From NCBI RefSeq assembly GCF_009914755.1, contig NC_060928.1: 64,000 bases of DNA; one strand, 5' to 3'. The DNA is from the human T2T-CHM13v2.0 reference genome, Homo sapiens. Position 1 is the stretch's first letter. Every line of letters begins with the position of its first letter. The translations under genes were made by a program, and so were the position numbers. The notes beneath the pieces were generated by a model. The model did no database searches. It was not told the DNA's origin and was given only the letters and a program-made list of their open reading frames with translations. Below, in pieces: positions 25,851 to 41,201 of this stretch.

Positions 25851-27369
25851 TGAAGGGAAAATAATGAACTCTTTAAGCCACACTGTGCTGCCTATGCCTA
25901 CAATGACATACCTGGACTCTTGGCCTGGAACTGTCAGCCCCTATCAATCCAATCCTTGAGAGCACGGCTGCTCCTGTTTCTGGCTGTTTGCAGAGCATTT
26001 GTGTGGCAGCCAGGACAGCTGGGCCCTTAATAAATACTTTGGTTGATGCTGCCTTGCTGTGCCAACAGCCCAAATGGGCAATGTACAAGCTCAGGGACTT
26101 CCATATCACTTGGCAGCTGTTTGGAAAATCCGCCCCCTCCCATTTCAGAACTCAGGACATTTTTATAGCAATTCCTGGCAGGATGGCAATATTAAAAAAA
26201 AAAGAAATATGCCGCATCTCATTTCTCAAAAAACCACTTTGCCGTCACATCCTGTAATCCCTGCAATGCGTGGGCCTGGCAGTCAGCTGTGACTTTATGT
26301 TGCTGTGAAACTGGAAGCTTATAGAAGCTGCCTAATGATTTTTATTTTTCCCCTTTGTCAACCTACATAAAAATCAGATTAAGATTAAAACTGGCCAAGT
26401 CATATTCTCAAGCAATGTAAATAAAGTATTTATAAATAAATTAAATAGGTCTCGTCTCTCCCAAATTGAACTGGTCTTATTCTGAAGCTTAAGTTGTCAG
26501 CAGAAATGCCAATCTCACCTCATTCCCTGCTTGCACACCCAGAACCACTGGGACCTTTGCAGAACACACAAACAAGATAATCCAAGGTCATTATGGAATA
26601 ATCTGCTACAATTTTCTTGAACACAGTAGGTCTGAACAAAATTTATTTTGTTCAGGTTCTACACAATGGTGGGAAAATAATGTGTACATTTAAAACTGTC
26701 TGTGGGGTCAGATTGTATTTCTGGCACTTACTAGCTGTGTCATCTTAGTAAAGTCAAACATCTGAGAGCATTTTCCGTGAAGTGTACTATGTCTACTAAT
26801 GCTTAAGAGTCATTGGTTTTCTTCATGAGCAGAACGAACTTTGGAAATTGTATTGTTGACTCCATGGAGGCATCATGTGAGGACATAGAAAATGGGACTG
26901 TCTTAAGACACTGAAACAGAAAATAAAGCCCTTGTGAATTAAAGAAGTATGTGTATGTGTGTCTGTTCACACATGCACATTGTGGACTGTCGTTGAAAGG
27001 GAGAAAATAGATGGGTTTCTAGAAACACAAATTAAGGTAAATGAGAAATAACTCAACAGTAAAAAAGACTTTTAGGCTAAATAAATACAGAACTGATTTG
27101 CAAACATGTAGAGAGGATCATTCTACATGGATTCTTGAAGAATGAATTATTTCTAATAAAACAATTACTATCTTTGGTGGAGCTAATGGGTGAGATAGAT
27201 CAGAGATGTGTAGGAAGGAAAAGTATTTTTTTAATTCAACAGGGCATTTGGAAAGTTTTTGTATAATATATTTTTGGAAAAAATTATATGGAGTAAATAG
27301 AAAAATAAATAGGATTTATACGCTTGGTCACAATGTAAAAGAAAAAAAGCAAATTTTAACATAATATTT

Positions 27370-27590
27370 ACTCAGTGTTAGACACTGTTTTGAGAACCTT
27401 ACTTGTGTCATCTCACTTATTTCTTAGTATGGTTGCATGACGTAGGTATTTCTATGATGTCATTTTACATGAGGTGACGCTGAGGTCCACAGTGGTTGTC
27501 AAGGTCATCCTGCGGATAAGGGCCAGAACTGGCATTTGAACCCAGGCCTCTCAAATTCATGACTTACATAGCTCTCCACTGCACCCTGAT
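27370..27590 (-). mobile_element. MIR
   Basis: cattttacatgagg..ctgagg..aaggtca..atttgaacccagg. Confidence 0.7.
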
Positions 27591-27634
27591 TCTCTCCCCA
27601 TGTGGCATCCTTAATGGACCAAGTTACATGAGAG

Positions 27635-28073
27635 AATAGATGGGCTGAATTTTTGGCCCCTAGAATTCAAATCTTGAAGTCCTAACCATAGTAACTCAGA
27701 GAGTGACCTCATTGGTAGAGAGGGTCTTCACAGGAGGAATCAAGTTAAAATGAGGGCATTAGGTTGGGCCCCAATCCACACGACTGGTGTCCTTACAAAA
27801 AGGGGACAAAGGGACAAGAAGAATGCCACATGCAGATGAAGACAGAAATTGGGGTGATGTATCTGCAAGCCAAGGAACACCAAAAGTTGCCAGTAGACAA
27901 ATAGAAGCTAGAGGATGAGCACAAAACAGATTATCCCACACAGCCCTCAGAAGGAACCACCCCCGCAAACACCTTGATTTTGGACTTCTGGCTTCAGAAC
28001 TCTGAGATAATCAATTTCTCTTGTTTAAGCCTCCCAGTCTGTGGCACGTTGTTATGGCAGCCTTAGCAAAGTA
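27635..28073 (+). mobile_element. MLT1C MaLR solo LTR
   Basis: atgggctgaat..aagttaaaatgagg..caagccaaggaacacc..gttatggcagcc. Confidence 0.85.
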
Positions 28074-28472
<399 letters not shown>

Positions 28473-28479
28473 TAATATA

Positions 28480-29565
<1,086 letters not shown>

Positions 29566-30129
29566 TGTAAGTGTCTAGGGGATCTTGAATCTCTTTCCCC
29601 ACCCACATTGCTGCGAATATGTTGAATGAAGACACATGAGACTTGATGTTTCCCTATGGGTATGTGATGAAGCTGAGTGAAGCTGACCAGATGAAATCAA
29701 GTCAAGACAAAATCAACAATTGGATGGGAATTGAGAGAAATACAGATTAAAATATATAGGTATTTGCTCTGTAATAAGTACGCTACATCCAAAAGTAAAG
29801 TCAATGGCCCAAAAGTTAGCACATTTTTGTTTGTTCTCACAGAAAAATGGTGTCTGGACCAAGAAGGTGTCAATCCTACTTTGCTCTGTACTAAGGAGGC
29901 CACATCTACAGAGCTTATTCTCTTCCAGGGCCCCTTTCTGAGGTGTCTTGCTCAAGGTGAATATAAAGGACAGTACAGGGACTCAAGACAAGATGGACTC
30001 CTCCATTCATTTAATTATTCATTCAAGTTCATTCCTGCATTTGCTCATCAAAAATGTATTGAGTTCTTTCCAAAAACTGGGAGTACAAAGATGAATAAGA
30101 TTGTTTCTACTCACAAAACATTTACAGCC

Positions 30130-30620
30130 CAGTGTGCAGCAAGCCTGGTTTGTTGTTACTCAGCCACTAATGCCACTTTCTTTCTTGCTAACTAGTTTTC
30201 ATGGTTAGCAATATCCCCAGCTCATGATTCCTACCCCACAGCCAGAAGTGACTGGGGGACAATTTAAAATCTTCAGATAGCCTTGTGATTCCTTATACAA
30301 GGGATGAAGTAAGAAGACAGAAATCTGAGATCACTCCTTTCTTCTGCTTTTCACCTTGTTGGGGGCTATGATATCTGGAATTATGTAGATTCATTTTGGA
30401 ATAATAAGGTTAAGAGAAGTAAGACAAACTTCACAAGCCATGAAAGGCAAAGAAGAAAGCTAGAACAACCTTGGTTATGGATGACAACGTTATGTTGCCA
30501 CAATAACCCTGAGCTTGCCTACCTCTATCATGTTTGTTAAGTAAATAAATATACACTGGGCTTAAAGCAATGTTTGTTGGACTTTGTATCCTTGCAGCCG
30601 GAAGCACTCTTAGCAGATCC
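30130..30620 (+). mobile_element. Old MLT1J/K-like LTR, preceded by an L2 3' end on the minus strand (about 30000-30130)
   Basis: aataaatatacact..ttaaagcaatgtttgttggactttgtatccttgcagccggaagcactcttagcagat. Confidence 0.55.
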
Positions 30621-31093
30621 AGACTGTGAATGTAGGTGTATCACAGGTATTGGAAGAAGAGAGATGCTAGGGGCACATTCAGAATTCTATGGTGACTGGA
30701 GAAAAAGGACTGGCTCTGAGCTAGGTCCCAAAATAAAAATAGTAGAAACAACTCAATACGTACACTGGAAAAGTGAAAATTCAGATAGCCTGCAAGAGTT
30801 TTCATCCAATATAAGAAGGCATTTCATGCACAGGTGGTGTCTGACTTATTTTTCAGGTTCTCAGGAAATAAACTTGGATCAATGGGTGAATGAATGGAAG
30901 GGTGGTGGATACAATATCGAGAAATAAAGTGGACTCAAAATAAGAGAAGTGTCTCTAAAAGGTGGCCTTAAAACACAGTGTTTCTCTATCCTGAGTTGGC
31001 CAGGCACTACATGATGGAGATATGATGGAAGTAATTCAAGCACCTATTGGAGACTTAACTACAATTATTTTGAGAAATTCTGCATAGTAATAC

Positions 31094-31468
31094 TGTATTC
31101 GTCCATTTTCACACTGCTATAAAGAACTACCTGAGACTGTGTAATTTACAAAGTAAAGAGGTTTAATTGACTCACAGTTCCAAATGGCTGGGGGTTGGGG
31201 GGCGCCTCAAGAAACTTACAATCACGGCAGAAGGCGAAGAGGAAGCAAGGCATCACTTACACGGTGGTGGAGAGAAAGAGAGCAAGGGGGGAACTGCCAA
31301 ACTCTTTAAAACCATTAGATCTAGTGCGAACTCACTCACTGTCAGTAGAACAGCATGGGGGCAACTGCCCCCACTATCCAATCACCTCCTACCAGTTCCC
31401 TCCCTCTACACATGGGGATTACAATTTGAGATGAAATTTGGGTGGGGACACAGAGCCAAACAATATCA
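31094..31468 (-). mobile_element. THE1D/MST MaLR solo LTR
   Basis: tgtattcgtccattttcacactgctataaagaactacctgagact..gggtggggacacagagccaaacaatatca. Confidence 0.88.
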
Positions 31469-31606
31469 GGGATAAAGGATTTGGTCTTTGTCAGTTGCTA
31501 AGAATTAACTACTTATCCCTGCAAATGATTGCACTAATTTCATTAGATATACTCTCTGCAGCAGCAGAATCACATTTTCAGGGAGAAAGCTAAAAACAAC
31601 AACAAT

Positions 31607-31638
<32 letters not shown>

Positions 31639-32849
31639 CGATATCCAGATGTTGAGACACTGCACTGTTTTGCTGCAAGGCAGTTCATATTTTTGTTATA
31701 TATTTCATTCTGTCTACATGAAAGTGTGTGTGTATGAAGGTAGAAGGTGATTCAGGCTTATGATCTCGATGTGGACTATAATTTTCATAAAGCTTTTAAA
31801 TTGTTTTATTTGAACTAAAGGAAACACTGAGCTGAAACACATTTCTTTTATATTCAGTTATGGCATAGGACTATCTCTCTGAAGGCTTCTCACACAAAGC
31901 ATTTTATTCAAAGAGCTGAAAGGTGACAGGTGCAAACAAATTACTTTTGGGAAAAAAAAAAAAGAAAAAGAAAGTGAACCTCCAAGTCAATAGAAGTGTA
32001 GCTCATAGGAAGAGTTCTACTTTATTTTTGTGGTGATTGTTGTTCATATAATAACATTTGCCATTGCTATGATTTTATACCAGAATTAGAAGGAGAAACA
32101 ATATCACTTTTTTCAGTCACCTGGTCACTAAAATCTGGCCTTTAAATCCATAAAAACGTGAACTGGGAGCATTTACAACTGTCACAGTATTCATCAAAAG
32201 CACCTGCCAAGCTCTTTCTGTTTATCCATAAATTATACATACATTGTGTTTGTGCGACATTGAATTTTCTGGAGTGGAGCACCCCTAGAAGCACTTTTGA
32301 CACTTGAATAAAATACCTTTGATCAGTGCAGAATACTTTGCTGGCAAGAAAGGAAAATGGGGAAAAGATGAAGAGATGCTTCTATGATTTGTCTAAGCAA
32401 AGGGAAGACAGGGACACTATCTTTCTAATTATTAACAGAGCAGAAGGACTGATCACAAAGAGGAGACAATGCATACAGTGAATGTGGGCTTTCCAGCAAC
32501 TTATCACGGGAAAAAAAAAATTACACAGTATCATTTCTGCAAACCCAACCTGTCTCTCAGCAATAGGAAAAGTAGGAGAGAAGACCAGGAAAATTAATAG
32601 GGAGCCAAAAATTGTCCTCAAAGTACTGCAAAGCACCACACAATAATATGAACCATAGTGAATTGGTAAATTGTCATAAAAACAGAAAACTCTTCTATGC
32701 TAAAAATATTCTTTTAGATTGATTTAGTGACTTTTGTAATGAGAGCTCCTGGTAGCAAGCAACCAATTGCTACACTGGCTGTTTTGCAGAAAGAACATTG
32801 ACAACTCTGGTATCAGTTTCCATGGCATGTGACAGGGTGCACCTCTCAC

Positions 32850-33375
32850 TAAGATGCTAGACATAAAACTCATATGAGCCATTGGTTCAAATCACAGTCC
32901 TGCCTCTAATGAACTGAGGGGCAGCTGGCACATCTTCTAATCTTTCTAACCCTTATTCCCCTCTTCTGTAATATGGTGACAATAACTTCTTTGCTATGAA
33001 TATCATTACCTGAAGTAACATTTATTTTTCAGTTATAAAATAGGTGCTTAGCAAGTATTCCTTCCTTTCTTTTCCATTAGAAATGCTGTGAGTTTAGCAT
33101 CATAGTAATTAATTTGGGTTTATCGTAGGCTACTTCGTTTACTCTACAGAGTATAGTAATGCCCATCTTCAATTTATAGTATCTGTGACCCCTACTTTCA
33201 ACAATGTTGGTTAAGAGGCAGATGGCCTAGGTTTGAATCCCAGCTCTAATACTTGAACAAGTTTTGCTTGCTTGTGTCACTTTGGGCAAACTTAACCTTT
33301 CTGCGCCTCCATTCTCTCATCTGTAAAATGGGAATGAGTACTTTCTTCATAGAGCTGTTAGGATTCTGTAACTTA
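32850..33375 (+). mobile_element. Two MIR copies (about 32850-33065 and 33200-33375)
   Basis: ggttcaaatcacag..; ggttaagag..ggtttgaatcccagctct..ctcatctgtaaaatggg. Confidence 0.7.
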
Positions 33376-33382
33376 ATACCTG

Positions 33383-33767
33383 TGATGGCAGTGTCTGCAG
33401 CAGGGAGGTGTGGCTGGGGCTGCACACTCCATGCAGCTGCCTGTGTGCTGCCACAGCTACCCAAACCATGGCTGCAGACCCAGGCCTCCTGCTCAATGGA
33501 AAGGCAGGAGTCCCACCCTCTTGGGAGGAGCTATAGCCACCCAAACTGCAGCTGCGAATCTAAGCTCCCCTGTGCTCTTGCGGGGGACCTGGAGCAGGCA
33601 GGATCTGCTTTCTTGGGTGCAGCTGCAAGACACCTGACCTGTGGTTGCAGACCTGGGCCTGCTGCCCCATGGAGCAGGTGGGAGTCGGAACAAGCAAGAA
33701 CCCTTCCCCTTCTGAGTTGTTGGGGCAGGAGCTCTCTGGGTGCAGCTGTGGCCACCCTCCCAGAAGC
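33383..33767 (+). mobile_element. MER52-like ERV1 LTR, 5' part only
   Basis: Starts tgatggcag..ctgcagcagggaggtgtggctggggctgcacactcca; internal GC-rich repeats ggctgcagacccaggcctcctgctc. Confidence 0.75.
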
Positions 33768-33962
33768 AGTGTGACCTGCCTGCTCCCAATTCACCTTCCT
33801 CCATGATTGCAAGCTTCCTGAGGCCTCCCCAGAAGCTGAGCAGATGTCAGCACAGTGCTTCCTGTAAAACCTACAGAACTGTGATCCAATTAAGCCTTTT
33901 GTTAAAAAAAAAATTACCTAGTGTCAGGTATTTCTTTATAGCAATGTGAGAATGGCCTAACA
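33768..33962 (+). mobile_element. MSTA/B LTR, 3' part only
   Basis: ccatgattgcaagcttcctgaggcctccccagaagctgagcagatg..caggtatttctttatagcaatg. Confidence 0.85.
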
Positions 33963-34199
33963 ATCTTACAAAGAAGGGAGATTTATTTCAAACTGAAAGA
34001 TTAAGGACAACTTCTCCCAGAAAGAGGACAGATGGATAAAGAAAAATTAACTTCCAAAGCCAAACTGTTTGCTGCAGACTAAAATCACTCTGAGCTATTA
34101 TGACAGTCACAGAAGCCTTCTTGGAGGAGGTGGCATATTTCTTGAATGATGAAAGATAAGAAGGAGTTGTAATGATAGAGAGGTCTATGACGTTGGACA

Positions 34200-34400
34200 T
34201 TTAAGACTCTGAGTAATGATCCGTCAGCTCTCTTTGACACCCAACCCTGCCACTTCAGATGTTTTGGGCAAGTCACTTTCACACTGATAAGCCTCTTTCC
34301 CACTTTTATCAAGGGGGTAACACCACCTGCCTCACAGGGTTGTGTTGAGCACTTCTGGGCGGTCAAAATGAGAAAACATATGTAAGAATACCTGGTTTGT
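34200..34400 (+). mobile_element. MIR
   Basis: ttgggcaagtcactt..cacctgcctcacagggttgtg. Confidence 0.65.
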
Positions 34401-35839
34401 CCAGTCTCTGTTTCCCAGCCACCATTTCTAAATCATTCTCCTGGCGGGGAGCAAGTTCTCTCCAGCATGTAGTTATCAGCCTCAGAGAGGACTCAGATCA
34501 CATCAAATTCTTTATGTGGTCAATAAACAAAATAAAATTGCCCATTATCCTACATATACCAGAAGAACAAAGAATACATTGTTAAGTTTACCTTGTTCTC
34601 CTATTACTATGTTTTTCTTATGCAATGACCACTGAGCTGTGTAACTACTGATGATTATAGAACAGACAATAAAGATTATTAGTGTAACAGCCTGTGAGGA
34701 ACAGCAGGAGAAAAAGGTCGACACTAAATGCTCTAACAGTATCCCTGGGATTGTAATTTCAAAATTAGGCCATTGAAGGTGAGAGTCAGTTCTATTGTGC
34801 TTTGATTGGCAGAGTATTTAACGCTAGGCTCAGAAGAGATATGATGAAGAAACAATTCATTTTAATATATAGTAGGATCACATGAAAAATATCTGGAGTG
34901 TTGAGGGAAAAAAACCTCAAAATGATGTTCTAAAATATAATTGTCTCGCATGAAACCCAGGCGCTCCTGCTGGTGAAAGAGGAGAAACGTGAGTGGTGTG
35001 ACCAGACATGGTGGAGGCAGGCATTACAATTTCCAGAGTGGCTATTGTAGGACAGGCATGCTAGGCCCTGGAACTGGGGAGATGAGCATAATCTCAGCCA
35101 TTAAACATAATGTGATCATTGCTCCAACAGAGGGGGTGCAGAGAAAGGAGTGTTTAAGACCTGAACGTTTAGTCCAAGGTTCCAGGCTCACCAAGACTTC
35201 CATGGATAAGCTGCAAATGGTGGACGTGTCTATAGCTGGAGTGAATATCACCCTCCAAACTCAGGTTTGCAAAAATAGCCCTATTACTAACTTTTTTTTT
35301 ATAAAATCAAATAAAACCAATACTGTAAAGTTGATGGAAATGTCTGCTAGTCATCTGATCAACCCCTTACTGGGCATCATGAAATTCCCAGCTACTCTCA
35401 TAGGGATCTACATACTGAGGAAGGTCTCTGTGCCTTCAGATCTTTGGCTTACACAGGTCACTGCAAATATGCTCACTGTCCAAAGCCTGAACTTCTTTTC
35501 AAGGTTGTGTTTCTTTTGCTTCTGTGCCAAGCGTGGGCACTGGGGTTTTTCCCGAAGGTGAGAACTGCTAATACAGCTCTACCTCCCTCGTGAACCAGAC
35601 CACATTACCCTCTGAAGTTCCTATTTCTTCCAAGATCCCACAACTTATGGGACTATAATTCCATGAAGAGGGTGGCTTGTAAATTTCTCCCACCTGCAGA
35701 ATCAACTTTTTCCAATTCAAGCCCTCCACGTGAACTTTTATGTATGTCACCTTGTGCACAGGTTCAAAAGCTTTTGGATTTACATCTTGGTAGATATCTG
35801 TTAGAGTCAATCAAACCCACATCTTAAATTGATGAGATA

Positions 35840-37680
35840 TTAGTACAGTGCTCTCAAAGGCAGTTGCCTGAGTCTACCATTTTCATTCAGTGTGTGATTT
35901 TTCCCATTCTCTAGCATTCTTGACAATGCTGGCTGTCATCAGAATTTGTAAGATTTCTATCCAATTGGAAGGTGTATGAAGTGGCTTTCTTGGTGTGATT
36001 CTGATTTTTATTTCCCTGATTAGCAGAAAGGTTGAATATTTTTTCATGAATTTGCTTCCTGGCTGTTCAGAAGTATCTTTTCTATACTGTGAAAATTAAT
36101 TATTCTATTATTTTTTGTTGTTAACATTTTCATGAGAATTTGTAAAAACTCTTTATAAATTTAGAAAACTAACAATTTGGTAGTTATAGGAATCAGCAAT
36201 TACTTCCCTCAGTCTTTAATTAAACTGAAAGTTTTAAAGTAGAAAAATTCCTTTGTGATTTGCGTTCTTTGAGTCTTTTAAAATAGATCTTTTTCTACCC
36301 TGAGGTCTTCAAGATTTCCTCCCACATTTGCTTCTATAAGTATTAACACATTGGATCTTTAAAAAATATGTCTGGTATTGATTTTTATTTATGGTGTGAG
36401 ATAAGGAATTAATGATCTTTCTTCCACTGCCAGCACAATCAATTGACTATGATGTTTTCATCATATAGTACCTTATCATCTAGAAAATATAGATGGAGAG
36501 CTGCTTTACTGATCACTCTTCATTTCTGTCCATTCATTTGTCTGCAAGTATCCATTTGTTTTGGATAGTATGATTTTGAAAAATCATATCTCATAGGACA
36601 TTTCTTCTTCTCTCATTCTTTGCATCAAACCTATTACAGGCTTTGTGGAACTATATTATTACATAAATAATAGTAATGACTTGATCATTTCCATTAAAAA
36701 CTCGTTGAAGTTGTATTGCATTTATAATTAATTTAAGAGAACTGACATTTTAAAATATTGAATCTTTACTTTCATGGACATTTTAATAGCTCTCCATTGA
36801 ATGATGTATTTTTAACATCATTCAGTAATATTTTATAATTTCTCTGTAAGGTTATTTTATATTTTTATTAAATTTGTCACTGAGAACCTTATGATTTGTT
36901 GTTATAGTGAATGAGTTGTTTTCATTACAAATTTCTAAATAATTATGATAGGGTATAAAATGCTACTCATTTTCATATGCTAAACTTATTTACAACAACC
37001 TAGTAATCTTTTTAGTTTTAGTAGTTTGTTTGTAGCTTTGCCTGCATTTTTATATATCCCTTCATTTCCAATTCTTATATTCATAGTTCTTTTTCCTCTT
37101 TGTTTTAGAGAAGAGACCCAATACTAAATATGTGGTGATTGCCAAAATTCTTGTTCCATTAATTTAAATGCTTCTAAATTTTATCATCATGCACAATCTT
37201 TGCTAAAAGTCTTCAATCGATGTTAATTTACAACACTCTTTTATAGACTTAATATTCTAAAACCTTTGTTTTTAAAAAATAAAGCTTGATTTTTCCAAAT
37301 ATTTCTCTGCGTCTATTTAGATTACATACTTTTTCTCTAGCTTATTTCCTGATGTTGAGCCATCCTTGAATTTCTAAGATAAACTATACTTGGTCAGGGA
37401 GCATTCATTTGTATTTGCTGGGTTTAGTGTGCTATAATTTTTTCAGGATTTTACATTATAATTCATTAGGTAAATGAATTTATCATTTTTCTTTCTGAAA
37501 TGTCCTTGTGTGATTTAGAGATCAAGATTATACTAACTAGATTGAGTTTGGGATTTCTCCTAAGACTTGCCTGTAGCACCTTGCTATCTTTTTATTTGGC
37601 AGAGAAGGACTTTTGTTACTGATTCAACTTATTGAATCTCATTTGGATTACTCAGATTTTCTATTTCTTCTTAAGTCTAT
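35840..37680 (-). mobile_element. Highly diverged L1ME ORF2 fragment
   Basis: T-rich; tatttccctgatt, aagagaactgacatttt, catccttgaatttctaagataaactatacttggtca match the L1 ORF2 reverse complement. Confidence 0.7.
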
Positions 37681-37684
37681 TATG

Positions 37685-37908
37685 AAATGTCTCAACCTTG
37701 TCAATGTTCACATTTTGGGCTGAATAATTCTTTATTGTTTAGGGCTGTCTGTGTGCACCGTAGGTTGTTTGGTGGTACACCTGGACTCTACCCACTAGAT
37801 GCCAGTAACACCTTCATATTCCTACCCAAGTGGTGACAACCACAAATTTCTCCAGATAATTGCCAAATGTCCCCTGGGGACAAAATTGCCCCTGATTGGG
37901 AACCACAG
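37685..37908 (-). mobile_element. MER20 MITE
   Basis: tctcaacctt..ctctacccactagatgccagta..ttgccaaatgtcccctggggacaaaattgcccc..gaaccacag. Confidence 0.88.
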
Positions 37909-38859
37909 GTATGACCCAAATAATGATAGCATTTATCTGTTAGGATTGATTTGAGAATTTGAAGACATGTAAATTGATCAAATTATTTTCTGATACATCA
38001 AAAATATTTAATACAAGTTAGTATTTTCTATTGTAATTAGTTTTTCAAGACTGAGTTATCAAGGTTGGTCCTCTGGATGAGAAGAATGGTAGTCTCCCCA
38101 TTGTTTGAAAGTCACTTAAATTATTGACACCTTTTTTGCCTGGCAGATGACAAAAATGAGAACCCAGTTTGTGTTTTATCAGTATTTTTTTTATATTTAT
38201 ATGCATGAAGTACATACAGCTTATGATTCAAAGTGGTCAAAGCTGTAAACAGTCAGAGTATACTCAATTAATTGGCCTGGGAAGGATTCTTCCAAGGGCT
38301 AACTCTTAACAGAGAAAACGTGGACTTTCAGAAATGTAAATTCTGCTATGGGATCCTGAGAATGTGACTCGTTGTATTGGAAGGACAAATGCAAAAATTA
38401 AAGGTCGTCATAGAAATCCTTGTCTATTAAGGGTGCTGTCAGATAAATTCATAACTGCTAAGGCAATGCCAACTGCATCACTGTCCATTTTATCATTGTG
38501 CTGTATTTTTATAAATCTCTGTGAAATATAGTTTCTTTTCAACATAGGGCTGGTTTACAAAAATTTGGGGTTATGGACACAACCTTATGGGATGGGAGGA
38601 CACATGGTATAAAGTAAATACCATAGTCCTTGCACAAGGTTTTAATTTATGCCCTGTCACTTGTCTGGAACTTTGGGAAAGTACTGAAACTTTATGGTCT
38701 TCCATTTGCCCAGTTGTGCCAAGGGGCAAGAATTGAAATGTTTTTACTTCTGAAAATTCTGTTTGTCTGAAGGCATAATCAGAAAGGATAACATCTGTCT
38801 GTCACAGTGGATAAAATAAGATAATTTGGAGGGTGCTCCCCAGCGCTAGTGTCTTTAAG

Positions 38860-39100
38860 AAAGATTATGGAAGCCAGTGACCTGGAAGTCATCTGGCTTT
38901 GTTGCATCCTGGCTGTGTGACCTTGGTCAGCTTAACCTGTCTGTGTACTACCTTCAGCTCTGTCCCGTGGAGGCACTCTTAGTTTCTAGCCTCCAGTGCT
39001 ACCATGAAGATCCAGTAGTGTCAGTTATAGAAGTCCTTAGAATGGTGTCTCACAAATGTAAGTGTTCAACCTATTAGCTTCAATCATTATAATTATTGTT
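38860..39100 (+). mobile_element. MIR
   Basis: ctggctgtgtgaccttggtcagcttaacct..cttagaatggtgtctcaca. Confidence 0.65.
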
Positions 39101-40099
39101 GTTCTTACTGTTGGCAACTGTGAGGCCCCTTTGCTTCCACTGCACACTCGGGGGGTGTGGAGCATGCATTTTTAACAATTACAAATTGCCTGTACTCTTC
39201 AAGGCATGTCACACTATTAAGAGCCTTTACTCTGATTCCAATTTTGAGCAACCTGTTTTCCCAACATTCAGTGGCCATTGTGTGCTTTCCCTTTGAAAGC
39301 TAAATAACAGACATCAGCGTCTAAAAGATTCAGAAAAACAGAGGCACTTTAAGTTCCCAGTTTTATGAGCTTCCATCAGTGTGACAAAAGTAGCTCCCAG
39401 ATTTCCATTCTGTTCTCTGTTCCCTTCCCCAGCAGGGGTTGGGGCAACTGCTGGAGCAGGGAGCCAGCAGAGCTATACGCTGTCACCCATCGAAAGATGG
39501 ATCGCTCTCTTTTGTGCTCTGAAAGCTCAGGTTGTCTGCCTCCCGGATGGGTCAAGCAGGCTCCGCCAGCTTCCAGGGTTTAGAACAAAGACTACATGTC
39601 ACACAGGAAGAATCATAGAGAGCTCTGATGTGGAAACCTGAGATCTACAGCCTTTTGAGAGGAACTCAGCATGGAAACCCCATAGTGTCCTATGGGAAGC
39701 AGAGACAGCGCCAAGCTGAACCCAACTGGGATTTCATGAATGAGGCGGCTTCCTCTTCTCGCCTGCTGTGGCTCGCAGCTGGCAGAGTTCCTGGGCTCTG
39801 GGTAAACAGGACTGTCTTGAAAAAGCTTCTGTGAGATAGGTGATGATCAATGGACTGCTTCAGAACTTCAAGAGCGTTGGTCAGATATCTGTACGTCTTT
39901 CTAGGGTAATTTCCTAACAATATTTTTAGCTTGCTAGGGAAGATGGTGATGCTTAAATAAGAGGCACTGATTTGCACAAAGGACATTTCTAATGGAAAGT
40001 TATTCAACAAGTTCGTGTAAGGAAAATGGATCTGTATACCCATAACAAAAAGGCTTTTCCTATTCCCTTATCTTTAGACGTTTCCTAGGAAATGCACTT

Positions 40100-40300
40100 G
40101 CATGGTATGGAGTAGTGAAAACAGTCCAGGATGGAACACCTCGGTCCTATTATATGTTCGGCCATAAATGATGTGACCTGGCGGAGTTTTTTCTTAACCC
40201 AGTGTCTCTCTCTGTACAGAGGTGATATTTATGCAATGGCTGTCACAACGTGGACTCAAAACCCAAACAAGGGAACGGATGTGAGATGCGTAAAAGCATA
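40100..40300 (+). mobile_element. MIR fragment
   Basis: gcatggtatggagtagtgaaaac..tgtgacctgg..cagtgtctctctctgtaca. Confidence 0.5.
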
Positions 40301-41201
40301 TTAGCCCCTCCCATTTACAATTTATAATGACAATCCTAGACAGCTATATGCTAATAGCTTGGTACTGACATTTGGAACCTAAAAATGAAGCAGATAACTT
40401 GCTTCCCAACTTTTGACTTCTGTCTTGATGCCCCCCTCCCCATGAAATTGACATTACGGTCTTCAGTGCCATAATGTTCTGAAATGGCCATGTTGGCGTT
40501 ATGCAGTGGGCTTATTTCCATAAAGTTTTATGACAGATTCAAGGCATTTATGGGTTCACTTTGCTATGACAAGCAGTTTTTATACATGATTAGAATTTTC
40601 AATAATTTATTCCTTGGCAAATTCTTTGCAGGGCCCCTCCTTCCCTCACACCTTGGCTTGATATCTCTACATACGTTTGTTTACTCAGGTGATGGATGCA
40701 AATCTTTAATAGGTTTGGTAAACAGTTTTTTTTTTTTTCCAGAATTAAAATTCCTGCTCATAAAGAAGAATATTTCTGAAAAGACCTGAGGCAAGTTACC
40801 CAACCAAATCCTCCCTATTCTTAACACATTTCTTAATGTGGTTAAATGTTGTTCCAGTCTTTGTATTTAGAGTATTGCCAAGCCCCTAATTTTGTGACTG
40901 GTCTTCTTAAGTGCTCCTTTGGGAAGGATCCAGTTATTCTTTCTTCTCCTCCACTTCCTCTGAGAGTGTGAAGTCTGCTTGTCTGCTAAACCCCTGCTAC
41001 TATGCACGTTACTCAGAATAGATCAGAGAATATTTACTTAGTCGATTTTTCCTGAAGGGACAGAGACACTAACTTGTTAAACTTTGTGTCCTTAGCATAG
41101 TACCTGGCACATAAAGGCACATAAAGGGGACCGTTAAATATTTGCTGAATGAATTAATGACTGAATAAGTGATTGCTAGCTCCATTTATCTGATTACTCA
41201 G

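Noticed and set aside
29731-30195. 154-aa ORF
   Set aside because: Non-ATG start, runs through L2 and MLT1 remnants, no homology recognised
33253-33812. Several overlapping ORFs up to 173 aa
   Set aside because: GC-rich MER52 LTR and MIR sequence that is naturally poor in stop codons
34989-35561. 190-aa ORF in apparently unique sequence
   Set aside because: GTG start, no recognisable domain and no convincing splice or promoter context; one such ORF in 64 kb can arise by chance
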